DNA of 40,747 bases from Nemertoderma westbladi. Lineage: Eukaryota > Animalia > Xenacoelomorpha. Under the pieces are notes generated by a model, which did not search any database, was not told the origin of the DNA, and saw only the letters and a program-made list of their open reading frames with translations. A program made the position numbers and the translations under genes. The DNA lies in contig JAUCBJ010000703.1 in the NCBI GenBank assembly GCA_032718475.1, positions 1-40,747 of the forward strand. Direction: 5' to 3'. This document shows, piece by piece, positions 1 to 13,064 of the stretch; positions within the stretch are counted from its first letter, which is position 1, and each line of letters opens with the position of its first letter.

Positions 1-1900
1 GTGAGGGAAGTGAGGGAGTGAGTGAGGGAAGTGAGGGAAGTGAGGGAAGTGAGGGAGTGAGTGAGGGAAGTGAGGGAAGTGAGGGAAGTGAGGGAAGTGA
101 CTTCCCTCACTTCCCTCACTCACTCCCTCACTCACTCCCTCACTTCCCTCACTTCCCTCACTTCCCTCACTTCCCTCACTTCCCTCACTTCCCTCACTTC
201 CCCCTCACTTCCCTCACTTCCCTCACTTCCCTCACTTCCCTCACTTCCCTCACTTCCCTCACTTCCCTCACTTCCCTCACTTCCCTCACTTCCCTCACTT
301 CCCTCACTTCCCTCACTTCCCTCACTTCCCTCACTTCCCTCACTTCCCTCACTTCCCTCACTTCCCTCACTTCCCTCACTTCCCTCACTTCCCTCACTTC
401 CCTCACTTCCCTCACTTCCCTCACTTCCCTCACTTCCCTCACTTCCCTCACTCACTCCCTCACTCACTCCCTCACTCACTCCCTCACTTCCCTCACTTCC
501 CTCACTTCCCTCACTTCCCTCACTTCCCTCACTTCCCTCACTTCCCTCACTTCCCTCACTTCCCTCACTTCCCTCACTTCCCTCACTTCCCTCACTTCCC
601 TCACTTCCCTCACTTCCCTCACTTCCCTCACTTCCCTCACTTCCCTCACTTCCCTCACTTCCCTCACTTCCCTCACTTCCCTCACTTCCCTCACTTCCCT
701 CACTCACTCCCTCACTCACTCCCTCACTTCCCTCACTTCCCTCACTTCCCTCACTTCCCTCACTTCCCTCACTTCCCTCACTTCCCTCACTCACTCCCTC
801 ACTCACTCCCTCACTTCCCTCACTTCCCTCACTTCCCTCACTTCCCTCACTTCCCTCACTTCCCTCACTCACTCCCTCACTTCCCTCACTTCCCTCACTC
901 ACTCCCTCACTCACTCCCTCACTTCCCTCACTTCCCTCACTCACTCCCTCACTTCCCTCACTTCCCTCACTTCCCTCACTCACTCCCTCACTTCCCTCAC
1001 TTCCCTCACTTCCCTCACTCACTCCCTCACTTCCCTCACTCACTCCCTCACTCACTCCCTCACTTCCCTCACTTCCCTCACTTCCCTCACTCACTCCCTC
1101 ACTTCCCTCACTTCCCTCACTTCCCTCACTTCCCTCACTTCCCTCACTCACTCCCTCACTTCCCTCACTTCCCTCACTTCCCTCACTTCCCTCACTTCCC
1201 TCACTTCCCTCACTTCCCTCACTTCCCTCACTCACTTCCCTCACTTCCCTCACTTCCCTCACTTCCCTCACTTCCCTCACTCACTCCCTCACTCACTCCC
1301 TCACTTCCCTCACTTCCCTCACTTCCCTCACTTCCCTCACTTCCCTCACTCACTCACTCACTCCCTCACTTCCCTCACTTCCCTCACTTCCCTCACTCAC
1401 TCCCTCACTTCCCTCACTTCCCTCACTTCCCTCACTTCCCTCACTTCCCTCACTTCCCTCACTCACTCCCTCACTTCCCTCACTCACTCCCTCACTTCCC
1501 TCACTCACTCCCTCACTTCCCTCACTTCCCTCACTCACTCCCTCACTCACTCCCTCACTTCCCTCACTTCCCTCACTTCCCTCACTTCCCTCACTTCCCT
1601 CACTTCCCTCACTTCCCTCACTCACTCCCTCACTTCCCTCACTTCCCTCACTTCCCTCACTCACTCCCTCTCTTCCCTCACTTCCCTCACTTCCCTCACT
1701 TCCCTCACTCACTCCCTCACTTCCCTCACTTCCCTCACTTCCCTCACTTCCCTCACTCACTCCCTCACTTCCCTCACTTCCCTCACTTCCCTCACTCACT
1801 CCCTCACTTCCCTCACTTCCCTCACTTCCCTCACTCACTCCCTCACTCACTCCCTCACTTCCCTCACTCACTCCCTCACTTCCCTCACTTCCCTCACTTC
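1..1900. repeat. Tandem array of 9-bp unit CACTTCCCT interspersed with 12-bp variant CACTCACTCCCT; the first ~97 bp are in the opposite orientation
   Basis: Periodicity is directly visible. The SEG/TSL/PSL/REV ORFs are translations of this repeat. The strand switches at 98-100. Confidence 0.98.
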
Positions 1901-2272
1901 TGTATACTAGCTTTGACTCTCCCAGCTATAGTGATAGTATGCAACCTTGGGAGTTAATGTGCGGTCTTACGAGTAAATGTCAAGAGATTAGACTTCATGT
2001 TGCCTCCATTGATTCACTCTTCTTAACTTTATAAAATAACTCCACCCTTATTTAAAGTTTTAAAAATTATGACTTAGTCGACTAATTTTCCAAAATATAT
2101 TATAAAAACATATAATTTCTTGAATAAATAGACCTAATAGTAATAAATATTGTTGGCAAATACATTTATAATACTAATATAATAATTAGGGATAAGTAAT
2201 CCTAATACTAATATAAATGTTATGGATAAATAGTCCTAATACTATTATGAAAGGAACTCAAACAAACAAATG

Positions 2273-3241
2273 TCAATAGCGTCGTCCTGCGCGAGCAAAT
2301 ACTGTACGAGAGTTTGATGTTATAGGTCTTCGAAAATAAGTAAAAGCTGGTTGATTTTCTTTAATTTCATCTTCCTCATTAACCAACTGTTTCTTAATTT
2401 CATTCAATTGTTCATTCATTTTCAGTAATTTACTTTTATTTCCCAGAACCTGTCTTAATATCTCTTCTCTATTTTCCTCATTTTCTTCCATTTGTTTAAT
2501 AAATTTCCGTATTTGATTTTTGTTTCCTAATATTTGTCTCAATATCTCTTCTTTATTTTCATCATTCTCTTCTAAATGTTTAATAATTTTCCGCAATTTA
2601 TTCTTATTTCCAAGTAATTGTCTCAATATTTCCTTATTATTATCATTTTCATCATCTTCTTCACTTTCCTGACCTTCACTTTCTTCGTCCTCTTCATGAC
2701 CTTCACTTTCTTCATCCTCTTTCTGACCTTCACTTTCGTCATCCTCTTCCCCGCCTTCACTTTCTTCATCGTCTTCCTGACCTTCGCTTTCTTCATTCTC
2801 TTCCTGACCTTCGCTATCTTCACCCTCTTCCTGACCTTCACTTTCTTCGTTATCTTCCTGACCTTCACTCACTTCGTTCTCAACCTCACTCTCTTCAACT
2901 TCATCCTGACCCTCACTATTTTCATTCTCCATCTCATCGTCCTCTTCTTCTTCACTTTCCTCACTCAAATTTTCATCATTTTCTAGGGGTAACTGTTTTT
3001 GTATCCTTTTCAAAATATTCATAACTTTATGAAATTTATTTTCTGTTGTCTGTTTTATCTTTAATATATCACGCTCAACTCTCTTTTTCTTTTCATCTTC
3101 ACTAAAAATATCTTCGGATTTTTTAAATTTCTTTGGTAATGGATCCATTAGTTTATCCTTTCTATGTCTTTCCATGTGACGAGATAGATTGTCTTGTCTC
3201 ATTTCTTTATTACAAACCAAACATTTTTCATAACTAGGCAT
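2273..3241 (-). CDS. Intronless 322-aa hypothetical protein: N-terminal C2H2-like zinc finger, acidic 10-aa repeats, three ~28-aa helical repeats
   Basis: ATG-initiated ORF in very AT-rich DNA. CLVC-x12-HMERH matches C-x2-C-x12-H-x3-H. It has EEDEESEGQ-type repeats (30 bp) and three EILRQ(L/I/V)LGNK repeats that diverge while keeping frame. Confidence 0.65.
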   Translation of the reverse strand: MPSYEKCLVCNKEMRQDNLSRHMERHRKDKLMDPLPKKFKKSEDIFSEDEKKKRVERDILKIKQTTENKFHKVMNILKRIQKQLPLENDENLSEESEEEEDDEMENENSEGQDEVEESEVENEVSEGQEDNEESEGQEEGEDSEGQEENEESEGQEDDEESEGGEEDDESEGQKEDEESEGHEEDEESEGQESEEDDENDNNKEILRQLLGNKNKLRKIIKHLEENDENKEEILRQILGNKNQIRKFIKQMEENEENREEILRQVLGNKSKLLKMNEQLNEIKKQLVNEEDEIKENQPAFTYFRRPITSNSRTVFARAGRRY

Positions 3242-4433
3242 TATATAGCAATGTCAATTGATATTATGAGTTTTCGATAAATGATTTTACATAATTTTAA
3301 ATAAATAAAACTTTTATGAAAATAAATAAAACTTTTAAAAATAAAAATTAGAGAATGAATGGGAATGCGGTGACTGGGGGCTTTTATAGAGGGAGGTTAG
3401 AATGGAGTTGTGAAAGAAGAATAATCTATTGCCATACCAGATGTTTATTCTAATTTCTTGGATGAATTGATATAATAACGAAGCTGTGGGTATGAATAAT
3501 TTAAGCTCTGTGGCAGGCCCCATTCACGCAGGCCCCATTCACGCATTGATGATTGGGTTAGTCATGCTATACGGTTAATAAGAGCCCGAGCAGCCATAGA
3601 TTATTGAGGGATGACTCGGGACCAAACTGGGGCATATATAATGACTTTAGGCATCGGGAATAATTAATTCCATTTAAATTGATCCGGAACATAGAAGATT
3701 GTTCATCGTCCAACTCAAAAGGTTGGTTATAAACTACAGAATATGGGATGGCAGCCTATAAATTATTCAGTCACCAACCAAGGGGTAGGAAGGCCAATGT
3801 TAAAATAAGCCAGTTATATTTCGCGTCTTTGTAGAAAATATTTCCAAATTAAAAAGGTAATGAACTAATGAAGGAGAAAAAATAAACTAAAAATATAATT
3901 AAAAAAAAATAAAATAAAATTCCTTATGAATTATTGTGAAGCTGCAAAGTGCACAAGTTTAGTCGTTAACGGTAACTAACCGGTTGCTGGGCAGACAGTC
4001 TATCCCTGTCAAGCACTCCGTTGTCACGACGACATGACAGGATTATATCTTCGGCGTCCTGCAGCCAGGAATGCAAGGACTTCAGGTCATCCTGAAACTG
4101 TCGCCACCCGGCGATGGCCTGTTGGAATCGTCTGGAATACAATAAAAGGTCACTAAATTATTGGATACAAAGACTGTATACTACGACTGTGTACTGTGTA
4201 ACGTTGTTTTTCTTAAATTACAAAACAATAACCGTAGAGCTAATCTTCGGTAATCAGTATAATATTTGTAATAATTTATTATTATATATAAATAATATTT
4301 TTATTAAATATTTCGACATTACTGAAAGTAAGTATTGACAACACAAACGAGAAACAACACATTACTACAATTTTATTCTAGACGAGTAATGAAAATCGAT
4401 GCAAATAACAGCTGATCACTCCCAAAAGTAAAA

Positions 4434-5416
4434 CTATAACCTGTTCTATGGAGTTTAGATTATTGTTTTGGTTATAATAACGTGTCACTGTAACCAGTTA
4501 TATTGAGTTTAGATTATTGTTTTGGTTATAATAACGTGCCACTGTAACCTGTTCTATGGAGTTTAGATTATTGTTTTGGTTATAATAACGTGTCACTGTA
4601 ACCAGTTCTATTGAGTTTAGATTAATTTTTGGTTATAATAACGTGCCACTGTAACCTGTTCTATTGAGTTTAGATTACTGTTTTGGTTATAATAACGTGC
4701 CACTGTAACCTGTTCTATTGAGTTTAGATTATTGTTTGGTTATAATAACGTGCCACTGCAACCTGTTTTATTGAGTTCAGATTATTGTTTTGGTTATAAT
4801 AACGTGCCACTGTAACCTTTTCTATTGAGTTTAGATTACTGTTTTGGTTATAATAACGTGCCACTGTAACCTGTTCTATTGAGTTTAGATTATTGTTTTG
4901 GTTATAATAAAGTGCCACTGTAACCTGTTCTATTGAGTTTAGATTATTGTTTTGGTTATAATAACGTGCCACTGTAACCTGTTCTATTGAGTTTAGATTA
5001 TTGTTTTGGTTATAATAACGTGCCACTGTAACATGTTCTATTGAGTTTAGATTATTGTTTTGGTTATAATAACGTGCCACTGTAACCTGTTTTATTGAGT
5101 TCAGATTATTGTTTTGGTTATAATAACGTGCCACTGTAACCTGTTCTATTGAGTTTAGATTATTGTTTTGGTTATAATAACGTGCCACTGTAACATGTTC
5201 TATTGAGTTTAGATTATTGTTTTGGTTATAATAACGTGCCACTGTAACCTGTTCTATTGAGTTTAGATTATTGTTTTGGTTATAATAACGTGCCACTGTA
5301 ACATGTTCTATTGAGTTTAGATTATTGTTTTGGTTATAATAACGTGCCACTGTAACCTGTTCTATTGAGTTTAGATTATTGTTTTGGTTATAATAACATG
5401 CCACTGGAACCTGTTC
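4434..5416. repeat. 54-bp minisatellite, ~18 copies
   Basis: Unit TGTTCTATTGAGTTTAGATTATTGTTTTGGTTATAATAACGTGCCACTGTAACC. It explains the 18-aa periodic ORF 4724..5404. Confidence 0.97.
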
Positions 5417-5573
5417 CTAGAAGGGATTTGCGTCCAGTTTCCGCCACCTGCCTACGATATATAGACCCGAAGGGCCGTAAAATGTTCAATGCTTTAATTA
5501 ATTAATACATTAGTACAAGATTTAAAAAAAGGCAATAAACCCGAAAACGCTGTTAATTTATTAGATTATGACG

Positions 5574-5627
5574 TTCCGGTTCCGGTTCCGGTTCCGGCTC
5601 CGGTTCCGGTTCCGGCTCGGTTCCGGT
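5574..5627. repeat. (TTCCGG)n microsatellite
   Basis: About 9 imperfect copies are directly visible. Confidence 0.9.
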
Positions 5628-6370
5628 TAGGTTAGGGTTACATGACTATTTTAATTAGGATTTTGGACACAATTAATTAATGTAACCTGCAAGTCCTGAC
5701 TACCAATATAACACTACAGCATCAGCCTGTCAGCATACAGCATCACCGGAATATTGCAAGTAGCGGTGTTTAGATTAAATTTGTGCAGTGTGTAACCATG
5801 GCATCGCTCATCATAGAGCGCCGATGGAAAATAACTGACTATCTTCAGTCTATCCGAATTGTTCAATGTCTTTTATATTCTATCAATTAATATACAAATT
5901 GTAATTTTATATTTTTTATTTTAAAATAAAAAGATATAACTTCTTTCACAAAAAAGAAATTAACTCTACTAATGAATAAAAAAATTATTTAAAAAAATTA
6001 TTTCCATAATAAGATAAACTAAACATTAAATTAATACTAACATTATTCTTTCCATCTAAAGACCGTATTAACAAAACTCTAAAATAAACGAAGCTACTGA
6101 AAATGTTGTTATATAACAGCAGTTGGATTCATTTCGCACTAATAATTAATTATAGGCCATAATTTGTGCGAGTATTAATGGACGTATACGGAGCACCTAT
6201 TGAAGTGCGACGAGGTGTAACTGAATTCGCACCTGTGGCCGATTTCCAACGCCCGACCCTTACGAAACCCTTACGGTGTCTACCGTATCCAACGTCCTTA
6301 TTTAATTAAACGCATAACAGAAAAACCAGAATTATTTAAGATCAGTGGTAAGGCAATCTCTTGATTTCAT

Positions 6371-6622
6371 ACTAGGATCGGCATGCTGCATTGCAGCTGC
6401 ATTTTTAAGAATGCTGTGCCGGCTTGTCAACAAAATTGCACCGCCACAACTCCCTATCACCCATGACATTTGCTAGATCATCCGCATCTTTAAGGCCAGT
6501 GTCCTTTAAGATGCGTCTCAAGAAAGTCATGGGCTGTCCACCATGCTTATTCACTCCATGAGGCTGCCAAAGTACAAGATTATGCACTGGCTGGTCCTCA
6601 CGGCGAAAGCAATGTCCTGCAA
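6371..6622 (-). mobile_element. 3' fragment of an RTE-clade LINE (same family as 14230-15414)
   Basis: Near-identical reverse complement of ~15030-15074 joined to 15195-15398. Both encode HNLVLWQPHGVN(K/T)HGGQPMTFLRRILKDTGL. Confidence 0.9.
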
Positions 6623-6741
6623 AGTGATTTCATACAAAATGATTTAAAGTTGTAGAAAGTTCGATCAAACAGACTTAAGAAATACTTTGCAATGACGTGT
6701 GTTGCAATTACGTGAAACAATTAAGAAATAATTTCCGGAGG

Positions 6742-6990
6742 TCCCACCATGGTGTAGTGGGTTCATTGAATTCACATATCTCGTAGGTCGTGGGTTCGAT
6801 CCTCGCATGGGCCAGGGCAGTTTTCGTTTCGGCACGAATGCTTTGAAGGGACCAGTCAGGGCGCATCTCTGAATTGCATCCTTAAGTGGTAGCTAAATGA
6901 GTACTGGAGTTTCCTCTGGGGAGTATAGTTCTGGGGGGACCGCACTGGAAATAAGTCGTTAGACTTTGTGCGTAATCCAAAGAAAATGTA
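6742..6990 (+). mobile_element. Probable tRNA-derived SINE
   Basis: Pol III A-box-like TGGTGTAGTGG (6750-6760) and B-box GGTTCGATCC (6793-6802) at tRNA spacing. There is no convincing anticodon arm, and a non-tRNA body follows. The 3' end is approximate. Confidence 0.6.
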
Positions 6991-8833
6991 ACTCTTTACT
7001 TTTTGACGTTGCCTCAACTACCACCACGTATTATTTTATTAACGCACCGCTGACTATTTCCAGTGCGTTGTATAGTTAATAGACGCTATCAAAATAAGTT
7101 TAATTTTAATTTTAGATTTTCTTTCATATAGAAAGTGGCATTGTGGTGAGAAAACTCCTAAAATAAAACAAAAATTTAGCCAATTACCTAATTAGCGGTT
7201 AAGTTAATAGCGGCAAATTTCGTAACAAACATTCAAATAAATTATTAATTATCGTTGTAATATTGAAAGCTTCCTATATATATATATCCGATATCGGTAA
7301 AGCTTTGGATTTTTTTAAGTAACATTATTTTATTTCAACAGTTTATCATAAGTAATTCATTGAATATAAATTTAGAAATTCCACCAAAAATAGTAACATT
7401 TTTCTAACACTTTACAGTGTTCTTGATCTGCGATACGCGCATTCGTTCGTCCACTGGAATCGGCACACTGTCACTATGTAAACAGTTAATCCGTGGTTAC
7501 AGAAATCCAATAAAACACAAATTAAAAGTAAAGTGATTTAATTCGCAAACAATACTCCATACAATTAAATGTATACTATGTTATTTTTTACCAATAAATG
7601 CAAATTTTAATTTCGAAAAAATGCTTATAAAGATAGAGTTTTCAATTACTTCATTGCTATTTATTTTGTTGGATGTGGATGGCCGAAGACAGTGCGCATA
7701 GGGGTTGGCCGCCCGGGAAATAACACTGATTGCACAGGTTGTAGTAAGTTCCTAACTGCTATGGTACAAAGACTTCCTAACGGGGGGTGGGGAGGGGGGT
7801 GGGGGGGTGGGGGGGCAACCAATACAATAACGACACTCTAAAAATCAGTGGAAGTATGCGAATCAAATAAAATGACAGCTTCTTTCATTGTTATAGCAAA
7901 AATAGTATCAGGGGATGGTGGAGTCCATTTAATTATATGTCATTGGATTTAATTATTTAATTTGGGCCATTCTCGTACATTCCAAGTTTAGCTATTAAGA
8001 CCAGTACAGGTGTTGATTGGGGCGAGCCACGAAGTCAGTGAGCCATGGCAAATTTAATTTTAAGAACATATCCAAGGCTCATAGGGCTTGTAATAAAGCT
8101 AGTGGCCACAGCGTAGTATTTAATGAATTGATGGACCAGGACCAATGACGTCATTAGAAATAAGTCGCCCGGCAATTGAGTCAGTGAAGTACTTGTTAAG
8201 GACGTCGCATGTGTTACCTGGAGCTGAATGCGTTGTCCGAACAACACAATGCGTTCCATAATTAGTTAACAAATAATAAATTAACAATTAATTATGAGTC
8301 TCGAAATATTAAGTATCGCATTGATTAACTTAAAGATGGATTGGTATCGGAGAACAAAGACCTTGAACACTGCAACTCTTACGGATAATAATTAAAAAAA
8401 AACCTTGAAACTCAGCTTGTAAAAAAAAATTATTATTGTTACCCTGAAAATGAGTTGAAAATAACATGAATAAAGGAGGTGTAATCCGCAACTCCGCACT
8501 CTTGTATGGCTACGAGATGTATTTAATTGAGTAGTTCCCCCGCCCTGTTACCCAACTACCGGCCTTGGCCACCAACCAGCCGATGGTTGAGTGTTATTTG
8601 ACTCTGTGCATTAGCTAGATATACCCGAGGTTATGTAAACTATATCGATTACTTCATTGATTGTCGACTCACAACTTCCATTCTACGAGAGATTCTACCC
8701 GTAACTAAATACGTGCCGCCCGTACACATCGGGGCAGCAAACACACACACCCGACTCCGACATAGTACAACCCAGAAACTAATCTGACACTCGCCCCCCC
8801 CCCCCCCCAAACTACTCCACTAAACCCAAACTA

Positions 8834-11661
8834 TTTCCGTCCATAATACTCATTCGTTCCTATCATCGGATTTCTGTTCCATATACTCACTTGTTCCTAT
8901 CATCGGATTTCCGTTCCATATACTCACTTGTTCCTATCATCGGATTTCTGTTCCATATACTCATTCGTTCCTATCATCGGATTTCCGTTCCATATACTCA
9001 CTCGTTCCTATCACCGGATTTCCGTTCCATATACTCATTCGTTCCTATCATCGGATTTCCGTTCCATATTCTCATTCGTTCCTATCATCGGATTTCCGTT
9101 CCATATACTCATTCGTTCCTATCATCGGATTTCCGTTCCATATACTCATTCGTTCCTATCATCGGATTTCCGTTCCATATTCTCATTCGTTCCTATCATC
9201 GGATTTCCGTTCCATATACTCATTCGTTCCTATCATCGGATTTCCGTTCCATATACTCACTCGTTCCTATCATCGGATTTCCGTTCCATATACTCATTCG
9301 TTCCTATCATCGGATTTCCGTTCCATATACTCATTCGTTCCTATCATCGGATTTCCGTTCCATATTCTCATTCGTTCCTATCATCGGATTTCCGTTCCAT
9401 ATACTCATTCGTTCCTATCATCGGATTTCCGTTCCATATACTCATTCGTTCCTATCATCGGATTTCCGTTCCATATTCTCATTCGTTCCTATCATCGGAT
9501 TTCCGTTCCATATACTCATTCGTTCCTATCATCGGATTTCCGTTCCATATACTCATTCGTTCCTATCATCGGATTTCCGTTCCATATACTCACTTGTTCC
9601 TATCATCGGATTTCTGTTCCATATACTCATTCGTTCCTATCATCGGATTTCCGTTCCATATACTCATTCGTTCCTATCATCGGATTTCCGTTCCATATAC
9701 TCACTCGTTCGTATCATCGGATTTCTGTTCCATATACTCACTTGTTCCTATCATCGGATTTCCGTTCCATATACTCACTCGTTCCTATCATCGGATTTCC
9801 GTTCCATATACTCACTCGTTCGTATCATCGGATTTCTGTTCCATATACTCACTTGTTCCTATCATCGGATTTCCGTTCCATATACTCACTCGTTCCTATC
9901 ATCGGATTTCCGTTCCATATACTCACTCGTTCGTATCATCGGATTTCTGTTCCATATACTCACTTGTTCCTATCATCGGATTTCCGTTCCATATACTCAC
10001 TCGTTCCTATCATCGGATTTCCGTTCCATATACTCACTCGTTCCGATCATCGTATTTCCGTTCCATATACTCACTCTTTCCTATCATCGGATTTCTGTTC
10101 CATATACTCACTTGTTCCTATCATCGGATTTCCGTTCCATATACTCACTTGTTCCTATCATCGGATTTCTGTTCCATATACTCATTCGTTCCTATCATCG
10201 GATTTCCGTTCCATATACTCATTCGTTCCTATCATCGGATTTCCGTTCCATATTCTCATTCGTTCCTATCATCGGATTTCCGTTCCATATACTCATTCGT
10301 TCCTATCATCGGATTTCCGTTCCATATACTCATTCGTTCCTATCATCGGATTTCCGTTCCATATACTCATTCGTTCCTATCATCGGATTTCCGTTCCATA
10401 TACTCACTCGTTCGTATCATCGGATTTCTGTTCCATATACTCACTTGTTCCTATCATCGGATTTCCGTTCCATATACTCACTCGTTCCTATCATCGGATT
10501 TCCGTTCCATATACTCACTCGTTCGTATCATCGGATTTCTGTTCCATATACTAACTTGTTCCTATCATCGGATTTCCGTTCCATATACTCACTCGTTCCT
10601 ATCATCGGATTTCCGTTCCATATACTCACTCGTTCCGATCATCGTATTTCCGTTCCATATACTCACTCGTTCCTATCATCGGATTTCCGTTCCATATACT
10701 CACTCGTTCCTATCATCGGATTTCCGTTCCATATACTCACTCGTTCCTATAATCGGATTTCCGTTCCATATACTCACTCGTTCCTATCATCGTATTTCCG
10801 TTCCATATACTCACTCGTTCCTATCATCGGATTTCTGTTCCATATACTCACTTGTTCCTATCATCGTATTTCCGTTCCATATACTCACTCGTTCCTATCA
10901 TCGGATTTCCGTTCCATATACTCACTCGTTCCGATCATCGTATTTCCGTTCCATATACTCACTCGTTCCTATCATCGGATTTCCGTTCCATATACTCACT
11001 CGTTCCTATCATCGGATTTCCGTTCCATATACTCACTCGTTCCTATAATCGGATTTCCGTTCCATATACTCACTCGTTCCTATCATCGTATTTCCGTTCC
11101 ATATACTCACTCGTTCCTATCATCGGATTTCTGTTCCATATACTCACTTGTTCCTATCATCGTATTTCCGTTCCATATACTCACTCGTTCCTATCATCGG
11201 ATTTCCGTTCCATATACTCACTCGCTCCTATCATCGGATTTCCGTTCCATATACTCACTCGTTCCTATCATCGGATTTCCGTTCCATATACTCACTCGTT
11301 CCTATCATCGGATTTCCGTTCCATATACTCACTCGTTCCTATCATCGGATTTCCGTTCCATATACTCACTCGTTCCTATCATCGGATTTCCGTTCCATAT
11401 ACTCACTCGTTCCTATCATCGGATTTCCGTTCCATATACTCACTCGTTCCTATCATCGGATTTCCGTTCCATATACTCACTCGTTCCTATAATCGGATTT
11501 CCGTTCCATATACTCACTCGTTCCTATCATCGTATTTCCGTTCCATATACTCACTCGTTCCTATCATCGGATTTCTGTTCCATATACTCACTTGTTCCTA
11601 TCATCGTATTTCCGTTTCATATACTCACTCGTTCCTATCGTCGAATTTCCGTTCCATATTT
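8834..11661. repeat. 37-bp minisatellite/satellite, ~76 copies
   Basis: Unit TTCCTATCATCGGATTTCCGTTCCATATACTCA(C/T)TCG, with contiguous copies and no spacers. It explains ORFs 8891..11836, 8928..11048 and the others in this interval. Confidence 0.98.
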
Positions 11662-12169
11662 TCCCATTCCCCGTCCAACCGAGCGACCAACTTATCGATC
11701 TGTTTCTTTTCCACCGCGCGGTCCGTCCCAGATAAGGTCGGATTCAAAGCTTCCCTTTGCTGTCGGATTCCGTCTAAAGTCGTCTGTAAGTCATCTATTT
11801 GGCCTCGTACAGTCTGCAATGAAAAGGAAACATTAACATTATTGTTCTTTTTGTAATAAAAATGATTCGTTATTGCAGTCCGCTTGCATGTCAACTGTCA
11901 ACATCCAAAATAAAAATAAGGTCTAACAATGCCCCAATCGTCACGTTAAATTGAAGTTAAAATAATAGTAATTCTCGTTGCGCCAATTTTCATGCATGCA
12001 TTGCCGCTTATTTTCCTACAGCAAAAAGCCACGGTAAATAGAATTACCGTGGAATCTCGCGCCAAATAGCCACGGCAATAGTTTTGGCGTCGAAAGTCAC
12101 GGCAAATACAACCCCCATATGAATAACAGTAAACTTTTGTTCTTTCGAGCCACATTGGAATTTGCATAC

Positions 12170-12551
12170 ATTTATACGGGGTGACGCGATCTGGATACTG
12201 ACGAAATCACTTGAACAACGAATTGATACAAGTCTACTAAGGGCGGCACTAAGCATCAGAGGTGGATAAAACATAAGGTAAACGCCGAGCTCTATGGTAC
12301 AATACCTCCTGTATCAACCACGCTCCATGAACGCAGATTAAGATTCAGTGAGGACTGCTGGCGAAGTAAAGACGAGGTCATTCCACATCTACTTTTCTGG
12401 CAACTAAGAACCAACACAAGGAACGCGTCCAAATTGAAATGGATACTGGACTTGGGAGAAACAATATTGCGACAACTATGGAGAATCCGGAAGCCTGGAA
12501 GGATCTAATTTCCACTGTCCGAGCTCGGCCTAGTAGGCTTAGTAGTAGTAA
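12170..12551 (+). mobile_element. Degenerate 3' end of an RTE-like LINE (second, more diverged family)
   Basis: Broken translation reads WILTKSLEQRID...NAELYGTIPPVSTTLHERRLRFS..CWRSKDEVIPHLLFWQ, which parallels the C-terminus of the 14253 ORF. It ends in an (AGT)n tail at 12541-12550. Confidence 0.75.
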
Positions 12552-13064
12552 TTGTGTTTGTGTAATGAATATGATACATGTACTGTACTCTGTAATGAAC
12601 ATGACCGCGTTGATGGTTGGCTAAATGGGCTTGTAGTAACACATAAAATCATCTACCATTCATTGTCTGTATTGTAGGTGTAGTTATTTGGATGGACACA
12701 AGGAATTTAATTGGCTACTTAACAACCGGCGATGAATAGCGAACATTTGACCTGCGTTCGACTCGGCTGCATACGGAAGGCCCCCAGGGGATAGCGGCTA
12801 AATCGAATCCCATTATCCTAATTAATTCCGGCCTCTGTTCTGTTCAATTATTGCTAATCTCCCGCTTACAGTTCGGCTAGTGTGGAATGGCAATAAATCA
12901 AACGCACCAAATGAGTTAACAAGTTAGGACAGCGTTGGTTATATCTATTTATTGAATAATACGAAAAAATTTACATACATATCACCAATATATCATAAAT
13001 AATTACTGGATAGACATAACGATTCATTTTTATTGTTTAAATATTATAAGTTTCCGATGTATTA

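Noticed and set aside
18-2034. Long ORFs of 382-657 aa in the first array
   Set aside because: They are translations of a stop-free 9/12-bp repeat, open on both strands, with non-ATG starts.
2618-2986. Hydrophobic 122-aa membrane-like ORF
   Set aside because: It is the antisense of the Glu/Asp-rich repeat of ORF 2273..3241.
4724-5404. 226-aa repeat protein
   Set aside because: It is coextensive with the 54-bp array, and indels in further units break the frame.
5625-5640. Interstitial telomeric repeat (TTAGGTTAGGGTTA)
   Set aside because: There are only about two units, which is too short to distinguish from chance.
6742-6814. Functional tRNA gene
   Set aside because: A and B boxes are present, but the anticodon and acceptor stems do not pair convincingly. 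A SINE head fits better.
8834-11661. CRISPR array (37-bp repeat length is CRISPR-like)
   Set aside because: The units are contiguous with no unique spacers, there are no cas genes, and the context is eukaryotic.
8891-11856. ORFs of 981, 706, 334 and 270 aa
   Set aside because: They are artefacts of the 37-bp repeat, which gives the same peptide in all three frames.
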